Source: Takakia lepidozioides (lineage: Eukaryota; Plantae; Bryophyta). From it: a stretch of 64,000 bases of DNA. The notes beneath the pieces are model-generated. The model saw only the letters and a program-made list of their open reading frames with translations, did no database searches and was not told the DNA's origin. Numbering within the stretch: position 1 is the stretch's first letter; each line of letters opens with the position of its first letter. The stretch covers positions 63,550,001 to 63,614,000 of the forward strand of contig CM060733.1 of assembly GCA_030704615.1 (NCBI GenBank). The letters are read 5' to 3'. A program made the position numbers and the translations under genes. Below are positions 1 to 12,309 of the stretch, piece by piece.

Positions 1-905
1 TGTAAAGGCAGGCAACAAGTTGGTGAGGAAATCCAATCAAGGGATTTTGCATGACTGCCCACCACCAGGGCCAGCTGGTCCCTGTCAACACCTTCCTGTT
101 CAACTCCACGCACCAACACCTCCAAGGGGAGTTCGAGTGTCTTCTGTGAATGCAATGCAGCCATTACTATGATGTTAATTGTTCTTACTCATCCCATGTT
201 AGGAAACATTGCAAACCAGGACAAAACACTAGAACCAAGAAGACACTGCAACTCCTGTAGACAATTTGGTGCAAAACAAGTTTTGCATTGTATTTCTCTA
301 AAGAACTTTGTCTCGAAATACCAAATAGAAGGTTGGAGTCATGAAAGCAAAGGAGCATGACTAGACTTACAGCCAACCAATAACCAATCGGCCCGTGTTC
401 AACACGTAAATTCTTGCACATCTGCAACTTGGAAAGCACATTCAAAAACAGTCAGATTAAGAAAAGAGCATGTAAGACTGAGCATACAATTGGGACCTTG
501 AACAAATACCATTTGAGATTATGGAATTGGTATCCCCCAATATGTATACAATAAGAATGCTAATGTCCACAAAAAAGGTTTCATACGTTAAAAGTAGTAA
601 CAGCACAGGTGTCCATTACTCACGTTCAAATTTGGAATTGGAACTCCTTTGACTTCTGTGCTCACAGTCTGGCAGGGCTTCGTTACAGGAGGAGCTGTGT
701 ATTTCAGAACACGTTTAAATCATGACCAAAAACAAAATTTGCTCAAGCGCTATGAAGGAATGCATAACTTTTGTAAATCTCGGAAGTAGGTTGAGCATTA
801 TATCATTCAAGGTCTGGCTCTTCAAAAGACAGTTAGCTGACTGCCAAGGAATTTTGCAGAGACTAGCAAAATTCACTTGTACTTCCTGCTTCATATATGG
901 ATCCT

Positions 906-1871
906 TCATGTTGGAAGGGTCCAGAGATATATATCCAATTCTACATCCGGTGGACCACAATAAAATGTGCAATCAAGTTCAATATTTGAGTACTTAGTGC
1001 TCTTACAGTTGCTTGGAGTGCCAGCACATAGCAAGGGGGTCAGGTTGTCCTCTTGTGGGTCGGAGTCACTTGACATACATGCTTCATCAGAATTGTGCTC
1101 AGCCGTTCCACTGGTCTGCAGTGGATCACGATCATCAATGGTGCTGGGTATCCATGTGTTATCTAGGCTGACCTTGTGAACCTGTGCCTGATGGTGCTCA
1201 GGTAGGCGCTCTGCTGATGGCGGGAACCACTGTGATGTCAGGGCATTTATTGCAGCATTTCGTTGCTCCAGGAGGATTTCCTTGTCTCGCTCAAGTTGCT
1301 TCTTGTCTTCTATCAGTTTCTTATTCACGTTAGAGACCTCCTCAAGTTTCCCTCTCATCTCCTCAGTTAACCTTTGGAGTTCCTGAGGTGGGGGGGTTCA
1401 CAATATGTCAGTCAAGCAAAACTGCTTACAACATTAACCTGTCACCAGGCCTAAATTCAGACTATTTGCGAGCTTAACATTCCAAACCTAATATTCTTAG
1501 GCTTCTTGAGGTACTTACCTTAGGCATAACTAGTGCAGCACAGATTAATTTCACTAATTAAACAGAATAATGTGCTGTTCATGCTGGTTTGAATACCAGT
1601 CATTCCTTCAACTGATCCATATGCAAAGATAATGCAACTATACTTTCTGCTGGTTTAGTGGAAATTACTGTTCACTTCCCACATATATACTAGCTACAGA
1701 GTATAGGAGTTCAGGCAGAGTCTACATAAAAGGATAACCTGTTTGTAAACTGTCTGGGTCTCCCTCGCGGCATCCCTGAGGAGTGCCTGGTTTTTTTCAG
1801 CTTCCAGGTCGAAAAAACTAGTGAGCAGGCTCGTAATGGCTTCCACCGGAGGCTTCATTTTCAGCGCAAGC
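906..1871 (-). CDS. Exons of an unidentified coiled-coil protein gene (probably continues toward or past the window start)
   Basis: Exon 1871-1739 (tag|G...CAG|gt) splices in frame to an exon starting at 1382 (cag|GAA): LALKMKPPVEAITSLL...VYKQ/ELQRLTEEMRGKLEEVSNVNKKLIEDKKQLERDKE. Possible further exons near 715-624 and 143-1. Family not recognised. Confidence 0.4.
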
Positions 1872-3334
1872 CTACAAGATACACTCAGATATGATTACAA
1901 CTTTCCCAAACTTCTTCATTTTGCTCCACAATCTCGTAGTCTTCTGTGCATAATCTGCTCATCACTAGCCTGATAAAGATTCTCTGCCCATCTGCTTCTC
2001 TCACTCTGAGAGGCTGGAGCCCTAAGCAATGACCCTCCTTCAGCCTTTTCATTCATGGGTTTTGAATCACCGAATGCTCAATGTAGAAATCAGCATAGAA
2101 ATGAAGTCTGGGATGAGGGGTGAAAAGGTGGGAGATGTATAAAGGGGAAGATAGACAGACAACAACTGAGAAAGACAGGTGGAGGGGATGAAACCATACC
2201 CAGGAAAGTCTTCCTTGTCCATAGTAAAGCGGCCACCAGGGTGAGGCACTCCCTCACCCGCTTCTAGAGCTGCCCCCTTGGTTGTAGGCCCAACACCTTG
2301 CCGCTCTCTTGCTGCACTGCTGCTACTCTGTCAAGCTACACTAACTCACTGCCCTGCACACTGTTTTGCCAAGTCCTCAGTTAATCACCCTCCTCATTAT
2401 AGATACGCCATGCAAAACTACAATCTCTTTTCTTCTTTTTTCGATATGGGGACCTTAAGCTTTTTTGATATGGTTATAGAAATTAACCACAACAGGGACC
2501 ATGAGGCTGGCACGAATATATGGTAGAGTATCTTTCAAGTGCCAAAACATGGCCTGACATACATGACGTGGACCCTGCAATTAATTTATTAGTATAATAC
2601 TTATGAGGTGATATAGCCTCTCATTTTACAATAATAGGGTCATGAATGCAAGCGTGCGAAAAGGACAGTGGGCCCATCGTATGGACGAGAGGTGCCCCCC
2701 AACCGCACCCACCCACCCGCAGCTGCCTGCGGCCGCCCATGCCCGCCCTGCTGCCGCAGTTGAACAAGCCGCGGCTGCCCCGCCTGGAGTCCATCCCCCG
2801 GCCGCTTCGTTGCGGCTTGTCCGCTGCAAATAGTCCGTTGGGGCGTGTCCGCTAGTCCGCTGGGGCTAGTCCGCCAGTCCGCTAGTCTGCTTCCGCCGAA
2901 GATCTGGGCCGTCCAGGACGAATCCCATCTCAGCCACGGCCTGCTAAGACCAAGCTGACTCTCCCAAGAACCTTGTGAACATCAGGAAGAATACCAAATC
3001 GTGGTACTAACAGGAGCCAAGAGCCCACATTTGCAGGATGGACAAATGTACATCTTCATCGTACATTAAGAAAAGCCACACCTTGCGATTGTGGTTGTCC
3101 CACCATCGTGCAAATTCCAGCTCTCATGCGGTGGACTCATAATCTGCAAATGTCTCCCTCCGCGCTCAAGCACCCCGCGCTGCAAGACATCTCTTCCGGT
3201 TATTGTCGGGCGTTTCGGGCATTTCGGGCAGGTTCCAAAGAAATTGACGACGACGATGACGTGTCTACGAAACGTGGCGACGATGACATGGTGGCAGATG
3301 GCAGGTGGCAGAGATAAGTCGTGGCATGCTGCCT

Positions 3335-3575
3335 AGCTGCACCGTGGTGGTTCTGAAGGACCAATCCGACATTACCTGACTACAGACACAAGCAGCACAC
3401 ACAAGAGGTCCTTTCGGGTTGATGGTCAGTCAAATCTTCCATGGGTCATGACACAAACAAGGACAATGTGGTGAGGGCACCTTCTTCGACCTATTTCAGC
3501 CTATTTTGCCTTCTCATCAGACTCGGCCCTGAGATGCATATTGAATTCTGTAAGTGAGCTCGTTGGGTAGATCTG
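3335..3575 (+). pseudogene. OSB-type PDF-motif fragment (NPTLPDYRHK...), inverted copy of 15020-15258
   Basis: Close match to the reverse complement of 15020-15258; followed directly by PPR sequence at about 3585. Confidence 0.6.
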
Positions 3576-3584
3576 TGGATGTGC

Positions 3585-6032
3585 GAAGGGGGTGAAGCCC
3601 AACCACATGACGTTTATTTGCGTTTGCAATGTGTGTGCAAGCCTGGGAACTGTGAAGGTCCATGGTGATATCGTCAAAGCTGGGATTGTACCAAATGTCA
3701 TCCTGAACTCTGGCCTAGTGGACATGTATGCCAAATGTGGGTTCTTTAAGGATGCAAAAGGGAGTTAATTTCAACACTATGGCTGAACGAGACGTGGTGT
3801 CATGGAATGCAATGCTTGTAGGGGTATGCACAGCAGGGGCGTGGGATGGAGGCTTTGGAGACTATGAGCAAATGATGGGGGAAGGGGTGAAGCCCGACCA
3901 CATCACGTTTGTGTGCGTTTGCAGTGCGTGTGCAAGCCTGGTAGCCCTGGAAAAGGGCAAAGAGGTGCATGGTTGCATCGCCAAAGCTGGAATTGTACAA
4001 ATGTGATTCTGAACAATACCCTCGTGGACATGTATGCCAAATGTGGGAGCATTGAGGATGCGGAGGGAGTGTTCAACAATATGGCTAAACGAGATTTGGT
4101 GTCACGGAACACCATGCTTGCAGGGTATGCACCAGTGTTGTGCGGGTCCGGGTTTTGAAGGCGGGTACCCAACGGGTTAGGATCCGGGTTACCCGGACCC
4201 GAACCCGGACCCGCCTGCTGGGTCGAGAACCTGTTAAACCCGCTACCCGTGGGCCAATGGTCAGGGTCCGGGTCCGGGTCTTAAATTTAGATGGGGCATA
4301 CGGGGTCCACCTTAGATCTGGTAGGTTTTGTCATAGGACGAGCAGCAATAGGCAGCAGCAGCCAGCCCCACCACGTTGTAGCCGAGTGGTAATGCCCACA
4401 TACCAACTCAAAAGCGGTTGTGGGTTCAATCCCCGGAGTGGTGTCACAAAGTTGTGCCCTCTGGAACCATAATTTACACCTCCCAAAGAAGACGTCATGT
4501 ATTATTATTATGCCAGATCCCACACATCCATGCTATAGTGATCTACCATTGAGGCATATTACTATTCTTAACATGTTTAAAGAATTGATATTGAAAAATA
4601 AAAAATGGAACTCAAACTTAATTTAATTCTTATTCATGGTATACACATTCATATTCATGGTATATTTTGAAGGAATGTCTCTTAAAATAAAATTCATTAT
4701 TAGGATTTAAAGTTTTTCCAACCAAAAATAAATTTATCCCTAATTAATCTTAATTTTCTAATTTATTTAATCAATAAATTAGGACCCGGATCCGAACCCG
4801 TGAACCCGCTAATATTTCCCAACAACTACCCGGACCCGGATTTTCCAAATTTCAAAAACCCGGATCCGGACCTGGACTTGGCTCCGAAAAAAACCCGCAC
4901 CCGGACCCGGCGGGTTCCTTAAAAAGGCAGAACCCGCACAACACTGGTATGCACAGCACGGGCGCGGGATGGAGGCCTTGGATCAGACCTATGAGCAAAT
5001 GATGGGGGAAGGGGTGAAATGCAACCACATCACGTTTGTGAGCGTTTGCAATGCTTGTGCAAGCCTGGCAACCCTGGAAAAGGGCAAAGAGGTCCATGAT
5101 GGGGGAAGGGGGGCAGCCCGACCACATCACGTTTGTGTGCATTTGTAATGCGTGTGCAAGCCACATTCATTTGTGTTCTCAATGTTGGTGCCAGCAGGGT
5201 GGCCCTGGAGAAGGGCAAAGATATCCATGCTGACATTATCAAAGCTGGAATTTTGTCATATATTAATTGGGAGATTGCCCTTGTTAACATTATGCCAAAT
5301 ATGGGAGTGTAAGGGAGGCCTGTCTAGTGTTCAACAATATGGTGGCAAGATATACCAAGCATGGTTGTGGTAGGAATGCCTTCGAGACATATGATCAACT
5401 GATACAACAAGGGGTGATGCCCGATCAGGTCACATTTGTTTGCATTCTCAAGGCTTGTGCGAGACTGGCAACCCTGGAAAACGGCAAAGAGGTCCATGCT
5501 GACATATGAAAGCTGGACTTGTACCAAATCTGATTTTGAACAATAGCCTTGTTGACATGTATGCGAAATGCGGGAGCATGAAGGTTGCAAAGAGAGTATT
5601 TGACAACATGGCTGAACGGGATGTGGTGTCGTGGAATGTGATGATCACAGGATATGCCCAGCATGGGTGTGGGATGGAGGCTTTGGGGTCCTATGAGCAA
5701 AAGATGCGGGAAGGGGTGAAGCCTGACCATGTCACGTTTCTTTGTCTTTGCAATGCTTGTGCGAGCCTGGCAGCCCTGGAAAAGGGCAAAGAGTTCCATG
5801 CCGACATCATGCACGCCGGAATTGTACCAGATGTCATTCTGGATACTACCCTCGTAGACATGTATGCCAAATGCGGGAGCATCAAAGATGCAAAGGGAGT
5901 CTTTGACAAAATGGCTGAACGAAATGTGGTGTCATGGAGTGCGATGATCGCAGGATATGTCCAACATGGATTTGGGATGGAGGCTTTGGAGACCTATGAG
6001 CAGATGATGCGGGAAGGGGTGAAGCCCAACCA
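3585..6032 (+). pseudogene. PLS-class PPR pseudogene array 1
   Basis: Repeated P-L-S triplets (DVVSWNxMIxGYAQHGxGMEAL / KPDHITFVCVCNACASLAALEKGKEVH / VILxxxLVDMYAKCGSIxDAKGVF) with frameshifts and stops; longest ORF 5506-6090; interrupted by a MITE. Confidence 0.9.
4133..4946. mobile_element. Non-autonomous hAT-type MITE (814 bp)
   Basis: Perfect 15-bp TIRs CAGTGTTGTGCGGGT; 8-bp TSD GTATGCAC (4125-4132, 4947-4954); many subterminal ACCCG repeats. Removing it restores the PPR frame AGYAQHGRGMEAL. Confidence 0.92.
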
Positions 6033-6463
6033 GGTCAAAATAGTTGTTAGGACTCCCAAGTTTTTTCAAAAGATGGAATGGACCCTTTAAAGAGCACAAG
6101 ACACATACCACCTCCTACCATAAAGGTATCAATTTAGATTAGAACAAACAGCAAACTGCAAAAGGCTGTGGCAATGCATACAACAAACATATCCAAAATA
6201 TACAAAAATGACAAGCATACATACCTTTCTGTGGTTTCCAGAATTCTTCCAATGTAAGCCTAATCTCTTTGTATGGTGGGTTTTTTTTTTTTTTTTTTTT
6301 TTTTTGAACAGGGGGATGGTGGTTTCCTAAGGGTAACCCAAATTTTGTGAAAAAGATTTAAATGCCGGCGCCTAGTCAGGGTATTATTATTATTATTGAC
6401 TTTATTGAGATTTGAAAAATTGTTTGTTGTTGGCAACTTGATGTTTTCAAAACAATAACTATT

Positions 6464-6705
6464 ACCAACAGTCAGTAGCTTAGTTGGTTAGCGCACTGAG
6501 TGCCACCTAGATGATTCTGGGATCAAATCCTGCTACTTGCCGGGTGTGGTATGCTCTTCTCCCACTTCCCTTGGGCAATGTCCCATCAGAAAGCCTTCAC
6601 GACGAGGTTACAGTGAAAGAGGTTATTTTCTCCTCTCACTATCAAGGGGCATGATTTGTGAGCTGTAGCTCCCAGGTGTTTCCCTTAAAAATATAAATAA
6701 TAATA
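6464..6705 (+). mobile_element. tRNA-derived SINE
   Basis: A box TAGCTTAGTTGG (about 6477), B box-like GGATCAAATCC (about 6520), A/TAA-rich tail, TSD AATAACTATT at 6454-6463 and 6706-6715. Confidence 0.75.
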
Positions 6706-6944
6706 AATAACTATTTTGTCATAAAAGTCACATTGAACACATCATTGGGCACCTATGGTAGTAAATATGTCGTATAGTTCAAACAAAGCCTCCATGGAAG
6801 AATAATTTTATCTGCATCAAACAATGAAATGCCGAGACATGACATGATAGCTTCGGCAACACTCCGTCATTCTTCTTGCGCCAAACAATGAAACACGGGA
6901 TGTGTGTATGTAACACCCTGCGGATGACCCCGCCCTTCTTGCGC

Positions 6945-7225
6945 AAACGGAACGTAGTTCTCAGAATTCGTCGCTAGTAGTGTGGAGCAACGCGAAGGCC
7001 CCCCTAGTTCTAGCGTCGACCGAAGGTCGGAAGCTAGTTTAGTGTAGAGCAGATATAGGGTGCCATAGTGCCTCATCATCGTCACCATGTCATCGTCGCC
7101 ACGTTTCGTCGTCGTCAAATTTCGTCGGACCTGCCCGAACTGCCCAAAACTGTCTTTGTAGGGCGAGGAAGGGATGACGATACCAGGCATCCTTGAGCAC
7201 GGAGGGGTTTCACACACCGATTTCA
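6945..7225 (-). repeat. Dispersed GC-rich repeat; inverted copy of 15680-15975, partial copy at about 3165-3295
   Basis: Direct comparison: shared gaaacgtggcgac, ctatggcaccctata and ctgagaactacgttc blocks. Confidence 0.75.
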
Positions 7226-7237
7226 GAGGGAGATGTG

Positions 7238-7300
7238 GAGAAGCTTTGGAATGAACACTTTCCCGACCCCAGTCAATGGTGGGACAATGGAGACAAAAGT
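7238..7300 (+). pseudogene. OSB-type PDF-motif fragment (EKLWNEHFPDPSQWWDNGDK)
   Basis: Translation matches 14885-14945 on the minus strand and the first half of the OSB PDF consensus. Confidence 0.6.
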
Positions 7301-7580
7301 TGAATGGTTTTCGTCATCGGACGAACTGTGAAAGAAGCGTGGAGTTCATTTTCAAAACATTGTCCCTCGACTGTCCAGGTTAGGAAACTTTCCTGCCTTC
7401 ATTCAATCAATGGTGGGATATGGTGGAAATGTACCATATCTAAAGCTGACATGTAGAGTTCCTTTTATAGTAAAACCACTTATATACGTTTCAAATGCAA
7501 GCCAAGAATTCACAGTTACTATGGTTACCCTTCGAGAAGATTCTTGGAACTGACATTCATTTATCCTGTTTCAATGGCAG

Positions 7581-7795
7581 GAAAAATCCCTTACTACACA
7601 GTGCCACCTTTGCGGGAGGTCAGTGAGCATGCCGAATCTGCAATTGTAGCTGACTGGAGCAAGGAGTTTGATGTGGAGGCTCTGTTTAAGAATGAGGAGT
7701 CAGTTGTTATAGCTGGACTCCCTTCTCTGGTCGACACACTTCATGTGGAAATGCCTTCAAGTGCTCCACTTATTATGGACATCGACACTGTTCAG
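7581..7795 (+). pseudogene. NSN1: Orphan exon of a nucleostemin-like (GNL3/NSN1) GTPase C-terminal region
   Basis: GKIPYYTVPP...HAESAIVADWSKEFDVEALF, bounded by cag| and |gt. No other exons of the gene recognised in the window. Confidence 0.7.
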
Positions 7796-8177
7796 GTTGG
7801 TTCAATTTAACCTGGATTATATTTTCTCCTTGGCAGCAACAACAAAATTGTGGCATGATGCTGAGGAGACATAAATGTTGTGGTGTATTATATTGGTTGG
7901 TCTTCTAAATGAATCACCCTCGTTGAAATCTCTAAAATGACTGTCACCTTTTGTTGGTCATTTCCAAAAGCTGGCGACAATGCCCTCCTTTGGTCTATTT
8001 CTTGGGTGAGTACTCACATCAAATTCATACCATGGTGAAGAGCTTTATTGAGAAAAACTGGAAGACCAGAATGATTTTGTTTTGAAACCTGAGTCCCAGA
8101 GCAAGCCTTCTATGATGGTGGTACAGCCATTGTGCCTTGCATCATCTGCTGTGTCCATCTCTAGATTACTTGAAGTG

Positions 8178-8935
8178 TGAATATTGTCTTCAGGTTGCCC
8201 ACACAACAGGCATTTGCAATCCCCTTCCTCTCTGCATATGTTTGTTGTTCAAGGTAGGCTTCCCGCCCAGAGTTTAAATTTCAGTCTAACGCCCAGAGCG
8301 GGTAGACCCTTGAGGTCATCCACGATGGCCTCACTCATGTCACCGACTGGAAACAAGTTTTTCAGGGAAGTTTTCTGCCTAATTTCATTTTTGTCAGACA
8401 AATTCCTGGCAACAGACATGGCTTTGGACCCCAAAGCCTCTAGGTCAGAATTATCCAGCAGGGTCAAGACTTGCAGACTCAGAAATCAGATCCTTGAAAA
8501 CTGCTTCTTCCGCCAGGACTTAACTTGTTTGACAGGGCAATCCTGCTTACAAGATAGAGTCGATTAACTTAGGGTATGTGTTTTTAGTCCTACATTGCAG
8601 CTGACAAACCATCTGACCTTGAATTCCTCTCATCTGGAGGGAGAAATAGAGAGAGTATTCCTAAGACGTTGTTTGCCGTAGCCTTGTGGCCATTGACTCC
8701 GCGCCCAGTTTGAGTGGAACACAAAGGGACAGAACCTACCTTTGTCAGGGGCCGACGCCCGTAAACTTACCTTGGAATAAACAATTGATCCGGGTTTTCC
8801 AGATATCCTCTAGAAATCCCTTTACACAAGCATCAACCTGCTGTGTGTGGTTTGCCCAATAACTAGGCCCCAAAAGGACCTAGGCGTTTGGCTCAGCCTC
8901 GAGACTTTCAAAGTTGGTAAACAGAGATACAGACG
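8178..8935 (-). mobile_element. Two head-to-tail 3' fragments of an RTE/RTEX-like LINE
   Basis: Homologous to 21960-22790; the TC-tailed terminus at about 8645 is followed by a second fragment that ends in CLLCGQPEDNIH. Confidence 0.8.
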
Positions 8936-10668
8936 TATGAGCAAATGATGCGCGAAGGGGTGAAGCCCAACCACATCACGTTCGGTTGCATTTGCAATGC
9001 GTATGCAAGCCTGGGAGCCCTGGAAAAGGGGAAAGAGGTCCATGATGACCTCGTCAAAGCTGGAATTGTACCAGATGTGATTCTGAGCACTGCCCTGGTG
9101 GACAATATGTATGCCAAATGTGGGTGCATTAAGGATGCAAAGGCAGTTTTCAACAATATGCAAGCTGAACGAGATGTGGTGTCGTGGAGCGCGATGCTTG
9201 CAGGGTATGCACATCAGGGACGTGGGGTGGAGGCTTTGGAGACCTAGGAGCAAATGATGGGGGAAGGGGTGAACCACATCATGTTCGTTTGCGTTTGCAA
9301 TGCGTGTGCAAGTCTGGCAACCCTGGAAAAGGGCAAAGAGGCCCATGGCGACATCGTCAAAGCTGGAATTGTACCAGATGTCATTCTCAACAATGCCCTG
9401 GTGGACATGTATGCCAAATGTGGATGCATTAAGGATGCAAAGGCAATTTTCAAGGAGGCATTTCAGCAGATTCAGATACGTATGTCTGTCTCTTGCATAG
9501 GTGCAAGATGAAAGGCCTTGAAGCTGGAAAGCAGGTGCACACTCACATTATCCAAAGTGGATTTAGCAAACTACTCAACACCCTTGTCAACATGTATGTT
9601 AAGTGCGGGAGCATCATGGATGCTCACCAAGTGTTCAACGGAATGCCTCAACCATCTTTGATCACGTGGAATATAATGTTGGCGGGGTTTACCAACCATG
9701 GGTGTGGTACGAATGCTTTGGAGACCTATGAGCAAATGATGCGCGAAGGGGTGAAGCCCAACCACATCAGGTTCGGTTGCGTTTGCAATGCGTGTGTAAG
9801 CCTGGGAGCCCTGGAAAATGGGAAAGAGGTCCATGATGACCTCGTCAAAGCTGGAATTGTACCAGATGTCATTCTGAGCACTGCCCTGGTGGACATGTAT
9901 GCCAAATGTGGGTGCATTAAGGATGCAAAGGCAGTTTTCAACAATATGCAGGCTGAACGAGATGTGGTGTCGTGGAGCGCGATGCTTGTAGGGTATGCAC
10001 AGCAGGGACGTGGGGTGGAGGCTTTGGAGACCTATGAACAAATGATGGGGGAAGGGGTGAAGCCCAACCACATCACGTTTGTGTGCGTTTGCAATGCGTG
10101 TGCAAGCCTGGGAGCTCTGGAAAAGGGCAAAGAGGCCCATGGCGACATCGTCAGAGCTGGAATTGTACCCGATGTCATTTTGAACAATGCCCTCGTGGAC
10201 ATGTATGCCAAATGTGGGAGCATCGAGGATGCGAAGGCAATGTTCAACAATATGGTTGAATGAAATGTGGTGTCACGGAACGCGATGCTTGAAGGGCATG
10301 CACAGCAGGGGCGTGGGATGGAGGCTTCGGAGACCTGTGAGCAGATGATGGTGGAAGGGGTGAAGCCCGACCACATCACATCTGTGCGTTTGCAAGCCTG
10401 GTAGCCCTGGAAAAGGGCAAAGAGGTGCATGGTTGTATCGCAAAAGCTGGAATTGTACCAGATGTGATTCTGAACGATATCCTCGTGGGCATGTATGCAA
10501 AATGTGGGTGCATTGAGGATGCGGAGGGAGTGTTTGACAATATGGCTGAACGAGATTTGGTGTCGTGGAGTGCGATGATTGCAGGGTATGCATAGCAAGG
10601 GCGTGGGATGGAGGCTTTGGAGACCTATGAGCAAATGATGGGGGAAGGGGTAAAGCTCGACCACATCA
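8936..10668 (+). pseudogene. PLS-class PPR pseudogene array 2
   Basis: ORF 9493-10263 (256 aa of PLS triplets); 8936-9450 duplicates about 9720-10250 (shared NNMQAERD insertion); in-frame stops. Confidence 0.9.
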
Positions 10669-11189
10669 AACACTGTTCTGCAACAACAAGATTGTGTTGT
10701 TCTTGTTACACCATGGGGGAACCAGTGCAAGTGTTAGTGAGGGATTTGCAGAGAGAACACATGATCCTGACCAGTGGGAGCGGCTGCTCTGTTCGTTTGC
10801 GAGCGTGGAGCCCACAGTACGGGTGCTACTGCCAATCTGCAACACATTCCAGACCTCAGCCATTCTTTGCACTTGAGCCTCCACTAGGCCTGGCACATGA
10901 TGGCCTCCCTCTGCCATCTGCTTGATCTCCAGCCTACACCCCAACCAGTGTTGTGTTACAGTGTTACAGGCAAAATATAGACCATAAAGGCATTTTCCAG
11001 CCATTACAAAAGTAGATCAACATGTATTTACCATTTTCCCTTTTACCCACTACCTCAGCTCAGATCTTATGCCATGAGTATGAGCCCCTTCTTGGTTTTA
11101 GCTATTACTCTCAACCTATGTACTGCGATCTTACAGAATCAAAGTAATGCTGAAGGTAACAACGATATTGAATAATTTAAGTCTTACTT

Positions 11190-11392
11190 TTTTGTTGCCT
11201 AGCCCTGGGAAGGAACTGGGGCAAGTCCCAAATCTGTTCATTGTACACCTCCAGTACACTGACTGATATCTCATATTTGACTTGCCTTTGGCGCTGGGTG
11301 GCCACCCAAAAGAGTTCCTCAAGACTAATGCACACATTGAACCCATCCAGTACTGAAACTACCATTGGAGCTGTGTCAGCAAAGACATCCTC
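11190..11392 (-). pseudogene. Kinesin-14-like motor domain fragment with the P-loop deleted
   Basis: EDVFADTAPMVVSVLDGFNVCI [FAYGQTGxGKT missing] SLEELF...YEISVSVLEVYNEQIWDL. Confidence 0.8.
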
Positions 11393-12119
11393 TGTTGTAT
11401 CACAAAGATAGACATGTAACATCAGTAATGTCCAGTTCATTAACCTTTCGACCTATTTTTTTCCACACTTTCTAGCCATTCAAACCCCTCCCTCCCCTCG
11501 CTTGTTAATAGACTGATCAATCAACAAATTCATTGTATAGAGCTTCATCCTGGTTAATGATTTCACTCAGTCCCCCAAATTCCAGTCCAATCACCTCTAT
11601 TGCAACTTGCAAACACCTCTCAAACAAGTTGTAAAAGGACCTTCCTCTCCAATATATAGCATGACAAGGGCCCAAAGTTCATCAGGTGAAGGCTTTCAAA
11701 GACTAGTTACCAACACTTGACAACTTGCCCTTGCAGCATCTGTGCAAGTCAATACAGAACAACACAACTGCTTGCATCACACCACCAGGCATAAAGAGGT
11801 CAACAACAGATTTTGAACGTGAAAAGCAAACCAGACACTTAATCACATCCCGCAGGCACTGACATCATCTATATGTAAGTACACATTTCAACTCCAAGCT
11901 CTGCACTTAACATGTCTGATATCTACTGTGTTGTTTCAAGGGCTTTCCTTTCCACAGATTGGTGACCTATCCTAGCAGGATGCTTAATCAGATAGAAAGT
12001 CTTTAAAAGTCAGTATTAGGCTGTGTCCTTGTACCAGGAACATTCCAGCCTTGCAAGGTTTTCAGGACAACACCATGGACTAGCTCAAACTAATGGTGCC
12101 TGCATACTGTACTGGATTT

Positions 12120-12215
12120 TCAAGACCATGGTGTCTGCAAGACCAGCCAGCAATCCATTCCACCTGTCAGATGAAGCATGGCATCGATTTCATCGCCGTC
12201 CTCCATGTCAAGTTG
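12120..12215 (-). pseudogene. SUMO: Orphan SUMO last-exon fragment
   Basis: Manual translation QLDMEDGDEIDAMLHLTGG-MDCWLVLQTPWS*, the plant SUMO1/2 C-terminus including the di-Gly. Not present in the ORF track. Confidence 0.8.
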
Positions 12216-12309
12216 CCACGCCCAATTAATCATCAGTCTCATGCAGCACGTCACAAGCACATCAAGGCCGTCATATACCCATCACATGTCCAATCCAAAC
12301 AGCAGCCCT

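Noticed and set aside
6464-6540. Functional tRNA gene
   Set aside because: No convincing cloverleaf; it has a SINE body, tail and TSD.
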